Assembly (NCBI GenBank): GCA_963822445.1
Contig: CAWGHO010000001.1
Span: 96,001 to 160,000 of the forward strand
Length of the DNA: 64,000 nucleotides
Source: an uncultured Acidobacteriota bacterium
GTDB lineage: Bacteria > Acidobacteriota > Thermoanaerobaculia > Gp7-AA8
Reading direction: 5' to 3'
Shown here: positions 51,031 to 61,783 of the stretch, one piece after another
Layout of the letters: every line of letters begins with the position of its first letter
Position numbering within the stretch: the first letter of the stretch is position 1
Program-made: the position numbers and the translations under genes
Notes under the pieces: model-generated
What the model was told of the DNA's origin: nothing
Databases searched by the model: none
Seen by the model: the letters and a program-made list of their open reading frames with translations, nothing else

Positions 51031-53628
51031 TCACCATCCGGTGGCTACGTGAATGTGCGCGTCGGAGGGTCCGGGCGTCCACTCGCTGAAGAGAAAGCGG
51101 CCGTCCGGCAGAACGTCGAAGTATCCGACGTCCGCGCCGGCCCGGAAAAGATCCGCGGTCACGACGTCGTCCCAACGTCCGGCGCGCGGCCTGGCGCTGA
51201 CGAACAGGTTGTCGGGCGTGACGTAGATCAGCTCGCCGTTGCCGTTCCACTGCGGGCTGTAACCGCCGCGGTTCGAGATCCGCGCCCGTTCCGCGGTGGC
51301 CAGGTCCAGCACGTAAATCTCAGCGGTCCCTGTCGGGTCGGACACGAACGCGAACCGCCGCCCGTCGGGCGAGATCTTTCCGAAATTTTCATTGAACTCG
51401 CTGCCGAGAATCGTCTCCGATTGCCCACTTCCGTCGAGCGTCGTGCGAATGATGTCGCGCTGCGTTCGCGGCTCGTTCGACATGTAGTAAAGCGCCTTTC
51501 CATCGGGCGACACGGCCATGGGTATCTGAAAGTTGCCCGGTGCGATGATGCGCGCCGGCCGCGTCTCCGACAGCGCCTGGCGGACCAACCGGGGAGTGCT
51601 CCCCGTACTCTGCCCATAGATCAGCGAGCGGCCGTCCGGCGTCCACAGCGGTTGAACCTCCATCCCCGGATCGCTGGTGAAGCGCTCCCGGACCCCGCGG
51701 ACGAGATCGTAGATCCAGATGTCCGCCAGACCGGTCGCCTGCGCGCGGACGCTTACCGCGGCCCTCCGGCCGTCCGGGGAGACATCCATGCCCAGGAGCC
51801 GGATGGTGTCGTCGACGACGCGCAGCTCCGTCCCCTGACGGTCGGCGATCAGCAACCGCTCCGCGATCGTGTTCGAGGTGTACACCACCGTCCCGTTTTG
51901 CGACACGTCGAATGCCGCTCCACCGGCCGGGAGGAAGAACGCGACCTGGTCGGCAATCACGGACGGATCTCCGCTCAGGCCTTTGCCGACCTCGAAGCGC
52001 TGCCAGAGCAGCTTCCCATCCCGCACGTAGAGCAGCCGATCGCCGCTGGTGCGGGCAACGGACACGTTCGTGAGGATCGGTGAGCCCGCCGGGGAATCGA
52101 GACTGGCGATCATCAGCTTCCGCACCATCGACCCGCCGAGCAGGGAGAGGTAAAGGAAGTGTTTCCCGTCCTCGAGGAGATACGGCCAGCCATGTGCCGC
52201 CTCGCCAGCCGACGCATCGAGCTTCGTGACCGCAACCGCTTCGCCCCCGGCCGCCGGCACGCGATAGACCAGGGGGCGCCCACCCGGCCGGTCGGTGAAG
52301 AGGATCGTGTCCCCCCGCCATGACGCGACCGCTCCGTTCGATTTCACGTCGCAGAGCGCGAAGGGAGTGCCGTCCGGCAACTTCCTCTTCCAGAGCTTCC
52401 CTCCGGCGCTGTAGCCCAGCCATGCGCCGTCGGGCGACCAGAACACACCGGTCGCATCGGCGGTGCCTTCGACCTTGTGCACGGCTGGCGAGTCGAGTGA
52501 GCGCAGGAAGATCGAAGTCTCGCTCCCTGTGTAAGCAACGAACGCGATCCTCGACCCGTCGGGCGAGATCGCCAGCGCGTTGGTCTCACCGCCGAACGGC
52601 AACAGGCGCGCGCTCGGCGGAAGGAGAATGCTGAATCGGCCGGTCGTCGTCGCGGCCGGTGCCGGTGCGGTCCGCCGCGCGATGAACCAACCGGTAAGTC
52701 CCGCGGCCACCGCGATGAGCGGGAGAACAACGACCATCGGCAAACGAACGCGCGAACGCGTGGTTGCAGGTTGCGCGGATGCCGACGGATCGCTGATCCA
52801 CCGCAGCTCGCGCCCGAGGTCGTGTGCGGATTGCCAGCGGTCATCGGGATTCTTCTCCAGCGCGGTTCTCACGACGCGATCGAGGAGCGGCGATCCGACC
52901 GCACCGGACGGAGGATCAGCGGAAAGGATCGATGCGATCAGCGCGGCCTGGGTGCTGCCCGAGAATGGCCGTCGACCCGTGGCCATCTCGAACAGGATCA
53001 CGCCCAGCGAAAAGATGTCGCTGCGATGGTCGACCTCCTTCCCCTCGACATGCTCCGGCGACATGTAGGGCAAGGTTCCGACGATCGTTCCTTCGGCGGT
53101 GAGCGGATCCCGTCGCGTGACCGTTTCCGATTGCCCCGAAGACTCGCGCGGCGCCTCGACCAGTTTGGCCAGGCCGAAGTCGAGAAGTTTCGCGCCGCCC
53201 GCCGTGATCATGATGTTGCCCGGCTTCAGATCGCGATGGGCGATCCCGCGGCGATGCGCGTGATGGAGCGCCTGGGCGATCTCCGCGCCGTAGCGCACGA
53301 CCTGTGTCAGCGGCAGTGGGCCTCGGGAGAGTTTGTCGGCGAGCGTCTCCCCTTCCAGGTACTCCATGACCAGGTAGTCGACGCCGTCGTGATGGCCGAT
53401 GTCGTACAGCGCGCAGATGTTGGGATGGCTCAGACCGGAGATCGCCTTGGCCTCGCGATCGAACCGGGCCCGCATCGTTCCCGAGGCGATGACCGGCGGC
53501 AGCACCTTGACCGCGACGGTCCGCTCGAGGCGCGTGTCGCGAGCGCGATAAACCTCGCCCATGCCGCCCGCGCCGATCGGCGAAAGGATTTCGTACGGGC
53601 CGAGGCTCGTGCCGCTTGCGAGATTCAC
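51031..53628 (-). CDS. Ser/Thr protein kinase with TolB-like/PD40 propellers
   Basis: GAGGMGEVY, HRDLKPGN, DFGLAK and YMSPE; TM segment; SPDG repeats. GTG start inferred. Confidence 0.92.
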   Translation of the reverse strand: MNLASGTSLGPYEILSPIGAGGMGEVYRARDTRLERTVAVKVLPPVIASGTMRARFDREAKAISGLSHPNICALYDIGHHDGVDYLVMEYLEGETLADKLSRGPLPLTQVVRYGAEIAQALHHAHRRGIAHRDLKPGNIMITAGGAKLLDFGLAKLVEAPRESSGQSETVTRRDPLTAEGTIVGTLPYMSPEHVEGKEVDHRSDIFSLGVILFEMATGRRPFSGSTQAALIASILSADPPSGAVGSPLLDRVVRTALEKNPDDRWQSAHDLGRELRWISDPSASAQPATTRSRVRLPMVVVLPLIAVAAGLTGWFIARRTAPAPAATTTGRFSILLPPSARLLPFGGETNALAISPDGSRIAFVAYTGSETSIFLRSLDSPAVHKVEGTADATGVFWSPDGAWLGYSAGGKLWKRKLPDGTPFALCDVKSNGAVASWRGDTILFTDRPGGRPLVYRVPAAGGEAVAVTKLDASAGEAAHGWPYLLEDGKHFLYLSLLGGSMVRKLMIASLDSPAGSPILTNVSVARTSGDRLLYVRDGKLLWQRFEVGKGLSGDPSVIADQVAFFLPAGGAAFDVSQNGTVVYTSNTIAERLLIADRQGTELRVVDDTIRLLGMDVSPDGRRAAVSVRAQATGLADIWIYDLVRGVRERFTSDPGMEVQPLWTPDGRSLIYGQSTGSTPRLVRQALSETRPARIIAPGNFQIPMAVSPDGKALYYMSNEPRTQRDIIRTTLDGSGQSETILGSEFNENFGKISPDGRRFAFVSDPTGTAEIYVLDLATAERARISNRGGYSPQWNGNGELIYVTPDNLFVSARPRAGRWDDVVTADLFRAGADVGYFDVLPDGRFLFSEWTPGPSDAHIHVATGW

Positions 53629-53650
53629 GTGTAGGCCGATGATATCCGCT

Positions 53651-53721
53651 CGGTGTGGTGCAGGCCTCCGGCCTGCCTTCGGGCGGGAGGACAAGGCAGG
53701 CCGGAGGCCTGCACCACACCG
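53651..53721. repeat. REP-like palindrome
   Basis: Perfect 29-bp arms cggtgtggtgcaggcctccggcctgcctt. Confidence 0.88.
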
Positions 53722-53722
53722 G

Positions 53723-54673
53723 CTAGAACGTCACCCGCGCCAGCACGCCCTCGGCGGCATCGTGCGGGTTGTTCTTCTTGCGGAGCACGTCCTCGAGCAG
53801 CGACTCGTACTCCTCGCGCGTGACCGTCCCGCCGATGAGTCGCTCCATGAACCGCTCTTTGAGGTGCGTCTCGATGCGGATGCGCACGCGATCGCGGTTG
53901 CGGCGATCGAGCTCGCCCGAAGCGGCGAGGTAATCGAAGTGCTTGATCAGCGCTTCATCGAGCTCGGTGATGCCCTGACCCTTCGAAGCCACGGTCTTGA
54001 CGATCGGCGGGACCCAATCCCCATGCTCTTCGACCAGCGACATCATCATCGTCACTTCGGTCACGGTCTTGTCCGCACCGGGGCGGTCGGCCTTGTTGAC
54101 CACGAAGACATCGCCGATCTCCATGATCCCGGCCTTGATCGCCTGAATGTCGTCGCCCATCCCCGGCACGAGCACGACCACGTTGGTCTGCACGGTCCGG
54201 ACGACTTCCACTTCGTCCTGTCCGACGCCGACGGTCTCCACCAGCACGACGTCGAAGCCGGCCGCATCGAGGATGTCCACGACATCGTTCGTCGCGCGGG
54301 CCAGACCGCCGAGAAAACCGCGCGTGGCCATGGAGCGGATGAAGACGCCGCGATCGGTGTACAGCTCGGCCATGCGGATGCGATCGCCGAGAATCGCGCC
54401 GCCGGTAAACGGCGAGGTCGGATCGACGGCGATGATGCCGACGCGCTTGTCCTGCGTGCGGTAGTACTTCGCGATCGCCGCGACGAGCGTCGATTTGCCC
54501 GCGCCCGGCGAGCCGGTGATACCGATGATCCGCGCGCGGCCGGTATCCATGTACAGCTGCGCGAGCAGCGACGTCACGGACGGGTCGTTCGACTCGACGA
54601 GCGAGATCGCCTGCGCCAGCGCGCGGTAGCGGCCCGAGCGGATTCCGGCGGTCAGCTCGCGGGTATCGGTCAT
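53723..54673 (-). CDS. meaB: Methylmalonyl-CoA mutase-associated GTPase MeaB
   Basis: GSPGAGKST, VDPTSPFTGGAILGDRIRM, ETVGVGQ and NKAD. Confidence 0.95.
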   Translation of the reverse strand: MTDTRELTAGIRSGRYRALAQAISLVESNDPSVTSLLAQLYMDTGRARIIGITGSPGAGKSTLVAAIAKYYRTQDKRVGIIAVDPTSPFTGGAILGDRIRMAELYTDRGVFIRSMATRGFLGGLARATNDVVDILDAAGFDVVLVETVGVGQDEVEVVRTVQTNVVVLVPGMGDDIQAIKAGIMEIGDVFVVNKADRPGADKTVTEVTMMMSLVEEHGDWVPPIVKTVASKGQGITELDEALIKHFDYLAASGELDRRNRDRVRIRIETHLKERFMERLIGGTVTREEYESLLEDVLRKKNNPHDAAEGVLARVTF

Positions 54674-54688
54674 GAGAGGACCGAGTCA

Positions 54689-54780
54689 GAAATGCAAAAT
54701 GCAAAATGCAAAATGCAAAAAGGTTGAATCGCTAGTTTTTCATGGACTTTTTGCATTTTGCATTTTGCATTTTGCATTTC
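54689..54780. repeat. Inverted tandem-heptamer hairpin (AATGCAA x4 / TTGCATT x4)
   Basis: Perfect 4+4 AT-rich units inside an operon gap. Confidence 0.92.
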
Positions 54781-54781
54781 C

Positions 54782-55927
54782 TCACCGCCCGGCGAGCAGG
54801 TTACGCGCGATGACCACCCGCTGAATCTCCGACGTGCCTTCCCCGATCGTGCAGAGCTTGACGTCGCGGTAGTACTTCTCGGCCGGGAACTCCTTGATGA
54901 AGCCGTAGCCGCCGAAGATCTGCACGCCTTTCTCGGTCGCGCGAACGGCAACCTCGGACGCGTACAACTTCGCCATCGCCGAGAACTGGGTGACCTTCTC
55001 GCCGGCATCCTTCACAGCCGCGGCGCGATGGGTCAGCAGACGCGCGGCCTCGATCTCCGTGGCCATGTCCGCGAGCATGAACTGGATGGCCTGGAAGCTC
55101 GAGATCGGCTGGCCGAACGCGGTGCGCTGCTTCGAGTAATCGCGGGCCGCCTCGTACGCGCCACGGGCGATGCCGATGGCCAGCGCGGCGATGGAGATAC
55201 GCCCGCCGTCGAGGACTTTCATCGCGTCGATGAAGCCGTAACCGATCTCGCCGAGGCGATTGGCGTCGGGGACGCGGCAATCCTCCATCACCAGTTCCGC
55301 GGTGTCGGACACGCGCATCCCGAGCTTGTTCTCTTTCTTGCCCGGGCGGATGCCTTTGCGATCCATCTCGATGGCGAAGGCGGTGATGCCGTGCTTCTGA
55401 TCGTTGCGATCGGTGACCGCGAGGACGACGGAGATGTCCGCGTAAGTCGCGTTGGTGATGAAGTTCTTCGTGCCGTTGAGCACCCAGTCATCGCCATCTT
55501 TGACGGCCATCGTGTTCATGCCCGAGGCGTCGCTGCCCGAGCCGGGCTCCGTCAGGCCCCAGGCGCCGATCCATTCGCCGGACGTCAGTTTCGGGAGCCA
55601 TTTCTTCTTCTGCTCGTCGTTGCCGGCCAGGTAGATGTGGCCGGTGCCGAGGGAGTTGTGGGCGGCGACGCTGAGGGCGAAGCCGCTGTCGATCACGGCG
55701 AGCTCTTCGATGACGTTCGAGTAGTCGATGTACGACAAGCCCGCTCCGCCATACTCCTCGGAGATGGTCACGCCGAGCATCCCCAGCCCGCCGGCGCGCT
55801 TGAACGTATCTACCGGGAAATGCTGGGCTTCATCCCATTCGGCCAGGCTCGGTTTGATCTCGCTCTCGGCGAAATCGCGCACCATCTGCTGGATCTGCAA
55901 CTGCTCGTCGGTCAGACGAAAGTCCAT
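54782..55927 (-). CDS. Acyl-CoA dehydrogenase
   Basis: [26 protein letters not shown] and [10 protein letters not shown]. Confidence 0.95.
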   Translation of the reverse strand: MDFRLTDEQLQIQQMVRDFAESEIKPSLAEWDEAQHFPVDTFKRAGGLGMLGVTISEEYGGAGLSYIDYSNVIEELAVIDSGFALSVAAHNSLGTGHIYLAGNDEQKKKWLPKLTSGEWIGAWGLTEPGSGSDASGMNTMAVKDGDDWVLNGTKNFITNATYADISVVLAVTDRNDQKHGITAFAIEMDRKGIRPGKKENKLGMRVSDTAELVMEDCRVPDANRLGEIGYGFIDAMKVLDGGRISIAALAIGIARGAYEAARDYSKQRTAFGQPISSFQAIQFMLADMATEIEAARLLTHRAAAVKDAGEKVTQFSAMAKLYASEVAVRATEKGVQIFGGYGFIKEFPAEKYYRDVKLCTIGEGTSEIQRVVIARNLLAGR

Positions 55928-56078
55928 TCTCGAAGGCTCCTGAGTTTTCTCGGCGAGGGCGGCGGGTCAGGTGGAAACTGGGGCCGCGGAACAAGGCCGG
56001 GGCCGCGATTCTAGCGCATTCAACGAAACGCGCTTCGGGTGCGTATCATCGAGTTATTACGAGTGCCCCCAGGAGCCG

Positions 56079-56285
56079 ATGACCCGCTTTCTCGCCGTAG
56101 TCCTTTCCCTCGCTTTCGCCGCCCATCTCCGCGCCGGGACCGCTGATTTACGGGTCACGATGGCCGGGCCCGACCGGGTCGATCCGGGCAAGACCTTCTC
56201 CGGGAGCGTCACCGTCGAGAATGCCGGCCCGGACGCGGCGCCGAAAATTCAGGTGATCGGCTCGGCGTATCCGGAGGTTCAATGA
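56079..56285 (+). CDS. Short secreted ORF with a partial DUF11-like domain
   Basis: AGGAG RBS; signal peptide; ADLRVT...VTVENAGPDAA mirrors the start of the next gene. Confidence 0.55.
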   Translation: MTRFLAVVLSLAFAAHLRAGTADLRVTMAGPDRVDPGKTFSGSVTVENAGPDAAPKIQVIGSAYPEVQ

Positions 56286-58216
56286 AACGTCTCCTGCTCG
56301 TACTGCTCTTCGCGACCGCGGCCGCGGCCGCCGCGCAGACAGCGGACATCGCGACCAGTATCGAAATCACATCCATGCCCACTCCGCCGCGCCCCGGCGA
56401 CATCGTCACCTGGCGAGCGACGGTCCGGAACAACGGACCCGACGCCGCGACGAGCGTCGTGTTCAGGTCGACGCTGACGTTCAACCGGACCTGCACGGAC
56501 CAGATTCTGGCCATTCTCGCGGCGGGCGAGAGCCGCACCGTCGATTGCAGCCTGCCCCTGCCGGAGGAAACGTCCGGCGTCATCGAGGTCCTCGGTGCTT
56601 CGCAGGATGTGATCGATCCCGATCTGCAGAACAACCACACCCGGTTCGGTTTCGAGCTGTCGACGCCGCCCGATCTCTTCATCAACACCTTCCCGCCCCA
56701 AGTCGTCGACGCCGGTCTGCCGTTCGAGCTCCGCGTCTTCTACGGAAATCTGGCGAAAACCACGGCCACGGGCGTGGAGATCCAGATTCAGATTCCCGGT
56801 CTCGGCTCGGTTCTGAAAATGCCGGAGAACTGCACCGCATCTGGCCAACTGATCACGTGCAGGATCGGCGATGTCGCCGGCGGCCCGAGCCGTCTGGATT
56901 TCACCCTCGTCGCGCCGGACCAGTCCGCGCAACGCCTGCAGGTCGCTGCAGCGATCTACGGCGCCGAGAGCGATCTCGAGCCCGAAACGAACTACGCCGA
57001 GCGCGCAACCACGACTTACCGCACGTTCTTCGTGACCACGACCGCTGACGACGGACATGGCTCGTTGCGCCAGGCCCTGCACGACGCGAACGCCGGCTGT
57101 CGCGATCCGAATCCGCCCTGCAAGATCGCCTTCCGCATTCTGAACGCCGGCACGAAATGGTTGACCATCCGGCCCGAGTCGCCGCTGCCCGTGGTGAACG
57201 TTCCGGTCGCCATCGACGGAGCGGTCCAGGCGGCGTACATCAGCGATTCGAATCCCGATGGACCGGAGATCGAGATCAGCGGCGAGCGCGTGCGCGAGGG
57301 CAGCGGCATTCAGTCATCGCAGGTCTGCCTGATCGTCCGCGGCCTCACCATCAACGGCTTCCCCGCCAGCGGAATCCACCTCGGCGGCGGCGGTTGCAGC
57401 GAACAGCAGATCGTCGAAGGAAACTACATCGGCACCGATCCGACAGGGATGCGTGCCATTCCGAACATGCGCGGCATCACCTCCACCGGTCCATGGGGAG
57501 GCGATCCCTCCCCGATCCGCAACAACATCATCAGCGGCAACACGCGCTCGGGCCTCTTCATCCATTCGGGTGAATTCCGCATCGAGAAGAACATCATCGG
57601 ACTGACTCGCGATCTGAAATCGGGCCTCGGCAACGGCGCGAGCGGCATCTACCTCGGACCGGAGTCGAACGGCACCGACGTCTTCGACAACTACATCGGC
57701 TTCAATCAACACTTCGGCATTTCCCTCGATCGCGGCGCCGGCTATCGATCGATTCGCGGCAACTCCTTCCAGGCGAACTGGAACCTGGCCATCGATTACG
57801 GCCTCGATGGACCGACCGCGGACGTTCCTGACTTCAGCACGTCGGATCGTCCCGTTCGCCGACCGACCATCGGCCTCGCCTTCTACGACACCGCGGTGAA
57901 CAAGACCCTCATCGTCGGCGTCACGGAAACGAATCCCGATCGGCATCAGGTCTGGGTCGATCTCTACGCGAACGACGAACCGGACGACAGCGGCTACGGC
58001 GAGGGGCAGTACTTCCTCGGCACCACCCAGGCCGATTCGGACGGTCATTTCCGTTTCGTGATCGACGGCCGCCCGCCCGGCCCGTGGATCGCCGCGACGA
58101 CGACGCGCGTGAACATCATCGGCTTCGGACGCGCGCCCGAGCCGGAAGGGATTCACGGAAGCGGCCTGGTGTCGACGACCTCGGAGTTCAGCAGAACGGT
58201 CTTCGTGGTGGAGTGA
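56282..58216 (+). CDS. Secreted DUF11 + parallel beta-helix protein
   Basis: VRNNGPDAA, DPDLQNN, GSLRQAL, GNYIGTD, NIISGN and TSEFS. Confidence 0.8.
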   Translation: MKRLLLVLLFATAAAAAAQTADIATSIEITSMPTPPRPGDIVTWRATVRNNGPDAATSVVFRSTLTFNRTCTDQILAILAAGESRTVDCSLPLPEETSGVIEVLGASQDVIDPDLQNNHTRFGFELSTPPDLFINTFPPQVVDAGLPFELRVFYGNLAKTTATGVEIQIQIPGLGSVLKMPENCTASGQLITCRIGDVAGGPSRLDFTLVAPDQSAQRLQVAAAIYGAESDLEPETNYAERATTTYRTFFVTTTADDGHGSLRQALHDANAGCRDPNPPCKIAFRILNAGTKWLTIRPESPLPVVNVPVAIDGAVQAAYISDSNPDGPEIEISGERVREGSGIQSSQVCLIVRGLTINGFPASGIHLGGGGCSEQQIVEGNYIGTDPTGMRAIPNMRGITSTGPWGGDPSPIRNNIISGNTRSGLFIHSGEFRIEKNIIGLTRDLKSGLGNGASGIYLGPESNGTDVFDNYIGFNQHFGISLDRGAGYRSIRGNSFQANWNLAIDYGLDGPTADVPDFSTSDRPVRRPTIGLAFYDTAVNKTLIVGVTETNPDRHQVWVDLYANDEPDDSGYGEGQYFLGTTQADSDGHFRFVIDGRPPGPWIAATTTRVNIIGFGRAPEPEGIHGSGLVSTTSEFSRTVFVVE

Positions 58217-58232
58217 GGCGTAAACTCATTTC

Positions 58233-60569
58233 ATGGCACGCTGGCCCACCGTCCTTACGCTCGTTCTCTGGGCCCTGCCGCTTTCCGCCAGTGATTCGAA
58301 GACGGCCGCCGAGGATTACGCGCGGCTGCAGAAGTGGAAGTTCTCCGACGCCGTTCCGCTGCCTGCCGCCGTGACGATTACTCGCGACACGGCATCGTGG
58401 ACGCTCGACTCCGGCACCGTCCGCCTCATGGAACCGCTTCCCGACGGCACGATCACCGGAGTCGTCTTCGAGGGATCGGGCCGCTTTCGCATGTCCGTTC
58501 CCGACCGTTACGAGGGCGCGCAGCTGAAGCGATTCACCGGCAAGCGCGAGGTCGAAGGAATCGATCAGCCGTTCACCCAGCTGATCGTGCGCACGTCCGA
58601 TCCGGCGATCGCGAAGCTCTTCCCGGCCGCGACGGGCGGATACGCGGCATTTCCGCTCGCGCAGAAGCGACACGAGTTCTGGATCGAGCAACTCCGCCGC
58701 GACACCGACGCGGCCATCATCGCGGCGATGCTCAATCCGGGCATGACCGAGCTGGCCATCGACGCGAAGACGGCGGACTTCGACTGGCTGATGTACGAGT
58801 ACGACTCGTGGCGCACCGAAGAGATTGCACTTTCGAAGTGGCGCGGAACGTATCGCGAGACCTGGATTAGTCTCGATCGGGCCGAGCATCGGCAGCCGAG
58901 CGGACGTCCGGGCCGGCCACACGATCACGCTGCGCTGCTGCACGTCGATGTGAAAGCCGATCTGACCCGCCGTGCCAGAGGCGGCGAAGTCGGATTTCAC
59001 GGCCAGCACGCCATCAACGGCGAGTATCTCGTCGACGCGACGTATGCCGCGACGAAGACTCCGCTGAACGCGCTACGCGTCGACCTCTTCGCAACGGTGC
59101 GCGACCTGAAGATCACCGACGACGACGGAACGCCGGTCGCGTTCCTGCGGGACCACATCGGCAAGCGCTCGGTGAACATCGGCAACGTCGTTCACGACGA
59201 CGAGCTGGTGATCATTCTGCCCACGCTGTTGCAGCCCGGGCAGAAACGCACGCTCCACTTTTCCTACAACTGGGAAAGCGCGAACTACGCGCCGGGCGGT
59301 CCCTGGTATCCGATGATCGCCGAAGCTCTGCCCCAGTACCACACGGCGCGGCTCGAGCTCACCGTCAACAGGAAGAACGAAGCACGGGCCATGGGCCGCC
59401 TCGAAAAACGCTTCGAGAGCGACAACAGCGAAACCACGGTCTGGGTGATCGACAAGCCGGCCAAGGTCGTCACGTTCTCGACGGCCACCCGCTTCGAGGA
59501 AGTGAAGCTCGAGGTCCAGGGCATTCCGCCGGTGATCGCGTTCGGCCCCGACTTCCAGCTCGACAACCGCGACAAGATCCGCAACGTCGGCGCCGACGTC
59601 GCCAACAGCATGCAGTTCTTCCAGAACCTCCTCGGCGATCGCCTCGAGGTCCCGCAGTTCTACGTGACCAGCATCGCCTCCGGTCACGGCCAGGCCTTCG
59701 ACGGCTTTTTGCACATGAGCGAATTCACGTTCGCCGTCGATCAGCCCGGCGCCTCGGAGCTCTTCCGCGCGCACGAAGTGGCGCACGAATGGTTCGGTCA
59801 CAAGATCGGCTGGGGCTCGTATCGCGATCAGTGGCTCAGCGAAGCGTTCGCCGAATACGCGGCGATGATGTTCGTGCAGGGCTTCGTCAAGGGCGGTGCC
59901 AGACATTTCGACGAGATCCTCCGCTCGTATCAGGGCATCCTGAAAGGCGAGCCGTTCGCCGGCGGATTCTCGAAGTTCAACCGTCCGACCCTGGCGGCGG
60001 CGAACATGGATCGCGGCGAGCGCTCGCGCATCGGGCCCATCGGTCACGGCGGCCGCGCCACGACTTCCGAGGTGCCGGGCTACCTGCTGCAGAGCTACTT
60101 CAAGGGCCCGATGGTCCTGCACATGATGCGCATGATCCTCGGCTTCAAGACCGGCAACGACGATCTCTTCATCAACATCCTTCGCGATTACGTGCAGCTC
60201 GCGAAGGGCAAGGATGCGACGACGGACGACTTCCGCCGCATCGTCGAAAAGCACGTCGGCCCGGGCTGGGAGGGCTTCTTCGACTCCTGGGTTTACGGCG
60301 CGGAAATCCCGTCGTACACCTGGAACTACGCGGTCGCGCCGGCCGAGAACGGATTCAACCTGACCATCAACGTGAACCGGCGGGAGGTGTCGCCGGCCTT
60401 CATGACCATCATCCCCGTGCGGGTCGAGTTCGACGGCGGCCGGGTCGGTTACGTGTTTCTCGTGAACAAGGACGACCAGCAGACCGTGACGCACAAAGTG
60501 CCGTCGAAGCCGAAAAACGTCGTCTTTGCACCCGATTACTCACTCCTGGCCTCGGTCCGTCGCGAGTAG
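58233..60569 (+). CDS. M1-family aminopeptidase
   Basis: AHEVAHEWFG...WLSEAFAEY...YFKG. Confidence 0.9.
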   Translation: MARWPTVLTLVLWALPLSASDSKTAAEDYARLQKWKFSDAVPLPAAVTITRDTASWTLDSGTVRLMEPLPDGTITGVVFEGSGRFRMSVPDRYEGAQLKRFTGKREVEGIDQPFTQLIVRTSDPAIAKLFPAATGGYAAFPLAQKRHEFWIEQLRRDTDAAIIAAMLNPGMTELAIDAKTADFDWLMYEYDSWRTEEIALSKWRGTYRETWISLDRAEHRQPSGRPGRPHDHAALLHVDVKADLTRRARGGEVGFHGQHAINGEYLVDATYAATKTPLNALRVDLFATVRDLKITDDDGTPVAFLRDHIGKRSVNIGNVVHDDELVIILPTLLQPGQKRTLHFSYNWESANYAPGGPWYPMIAEALPQYHTARLELTVNRKNEARAMGRLEKRFESDNSETTVWVIDKPAKVVTFSTATRFEEVKLEVQGIPPVIAFGPDFQLDNRDKIRNVGADVANSMQFFQNLLGDRLEVPQFYVTSIASGHGQAFDGFLHMSEFTFAVDQPGASELFRAHEVAHEWFGHKIGWGSYRDQWLSEAFAEYAAMMFVQGFVKGGARHFDEILRSYQGILKGEPFAGGFSKFNRPTLAAANMDRGERSRIGPIGHGGRATTSEVPGYLLQSYFKGPMVLHMMRMILGFKTGNDDLFINILRDYVQLAKGKDATTDDFRRIVEKHVGPGWEGFFDSWVYGAEIPSYTWNYAVAPAENGFNLTINVNRREVSPAFMTIIPVRVEFDGGRVGYVFLVNKDDQQTVTHKVPSKPKNVVFAPDYSLLASVRRE

Positions 60570-60583
60570 AATTCGACCAAATC

Positions 60584-61135
60584 ATGAAGCCCCGGACCCT
60601 CGCACTTTTCTTCCTTCTCGCCGCGCTGTCGTTGCCGATGCTTGCTGCAAACCGAACGCAGAACGCGCCCGCGCCCAGCCCGAAGCCTTTGCCCGGATTC
60701 CGGGGTGAGTTTCAGGCGCAGCTCGCCGAGGTCGAGGAGAAGATCATTCAACTCGCGGAGGCCACTCCGGCGAGCAAGTACAGCTGGCGTCCGGCCGGCG
60801 ACATTCGCTCGATCAGCGAGGTGTACATGCACATCGCCGGCGGCAACTACTTCCTCTCGACATTCCTCGGCGCCCCCGCACCGGCGCACGTGGGCGACAT
60901 CGAGAAGAAGATCACCCGCAAGGCGGATGTGATCGCCGAGCTGAAGCGCTCATTCGATCACCTACATGCCGCCGCGGAGAACGCGACCGATCTGGACAAG
61001 CAGGTGAAGATGTTCGGCAGCACGAGGACGAGCCGCAGCGTGCTGATCACCGTCCTCAATCACCTGCACGAACATCTGGGGCAGTCGATTGCGTACGCAC
61101 GGATGAACGGGGTCGTGCCGCCGTGGTCGCATTGA
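60584..61135 (+). CDS. Secreted DinB-family protein
   Basis: YSWRP...SISEVYMHIA...HLHEHLGQSIAYARMNGVVPPWS. Confidence 0.9.
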   Translation: MKPRTLALFFLLAALSLPMLAANRTQNAPAPSPKPLPGFRGEFQAQLAEVEEKIIQLAEATPASKYSWRPAGDIRSISEVYMHIAGGNYFLSTFLGAPAPAHVGDIEKKITRKADVIAELKRSFDHLHAAAENATDLDKQVKMFGSTRTSRSVLITVLNHLHEHLGQSIAYARMNGVVPPWSH

Positions 61136-61760
61136 TCACCGAGTCCGGAATCTCGACCTTCACCCGCCCATCGTCGATCGGCTCGCCGTACGCGAGCCGC
61201 ACCGGCACCACCCCCGCCCACAACGGCAGCGCGTAATCCTCTTCGTCGTCGACCGGGCCGCCCGTCCGAACTTTCGCCGAGGCTTCTTCGATCGGCATGG
61301 CCAGGACCATCGTCTGGCGCAGCTCTTTCTCATTCGCCGGTCGCGATTCCGACGAGCGGCCGCGCAGAACGTGCTCCACGAGTGCGTCGAGAGCGATGAG
61401 CTTCTCCTCGCGATCCGTCACTTCGCGGGCCGTACCGAAGATCATCGCCGAGCGGTAGTTCATCGAGTGATGGAACGCCGATCGGGCGATGACCAGGCCG
61501 TCGACGATCGTGACGGTCACGCACGCTTCCACGCCATTGCGAAGGGAACGGAGCATGCGGCTGGCCGCCGAGCCATGGAAGTAGAGCGTGTCGCCCTGCC
61601 GCCAGTGGATGGTGGGGATGACCACCGGCGCGCCGTCGACGACGAATCCGGCGTGACAGATCAGGGCTTCGTCGAGGATGGCGTAGACCATGTCGCGGTC
61701 GTAGACGCCGCGGGTGGCCAGACGCTTGACGGTGGTGCGCTCGGTTTGCAGTGTGCTCAT
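61056..61760 (-). CDS. Pyridoxamine 5'-phosphate oxidase-family flavin-binding protein
   Basis: LYFHGSAASRM, ARSAFHHSMNYRS and SAKVRTGGP. Confidence 0.9.
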   Translation of the reverse strand: MSTLQTERTTVKRLATRGVYDRDMVYAILDEALICHAGFVVDGAPVVIPTIHWRQGDTLYFHGSAASRMLRSLRNGVEACVTVTIVDGLVIARSAFHHSMNYRSAMIFGTAREVTDREEKLIALDALVEHVLRGRSSESRPANEKELRQTMVLAMPIEEASAKVRTGGPVDDEEDYALPLWAGVVPVRLAYGEPIDDGRVKVEIPDSVINATTAARPRSSVRTQSTAPDVRAGD

Positions 61761-61783
61761 TGTTCTCGTACAATCTTTCTCGT

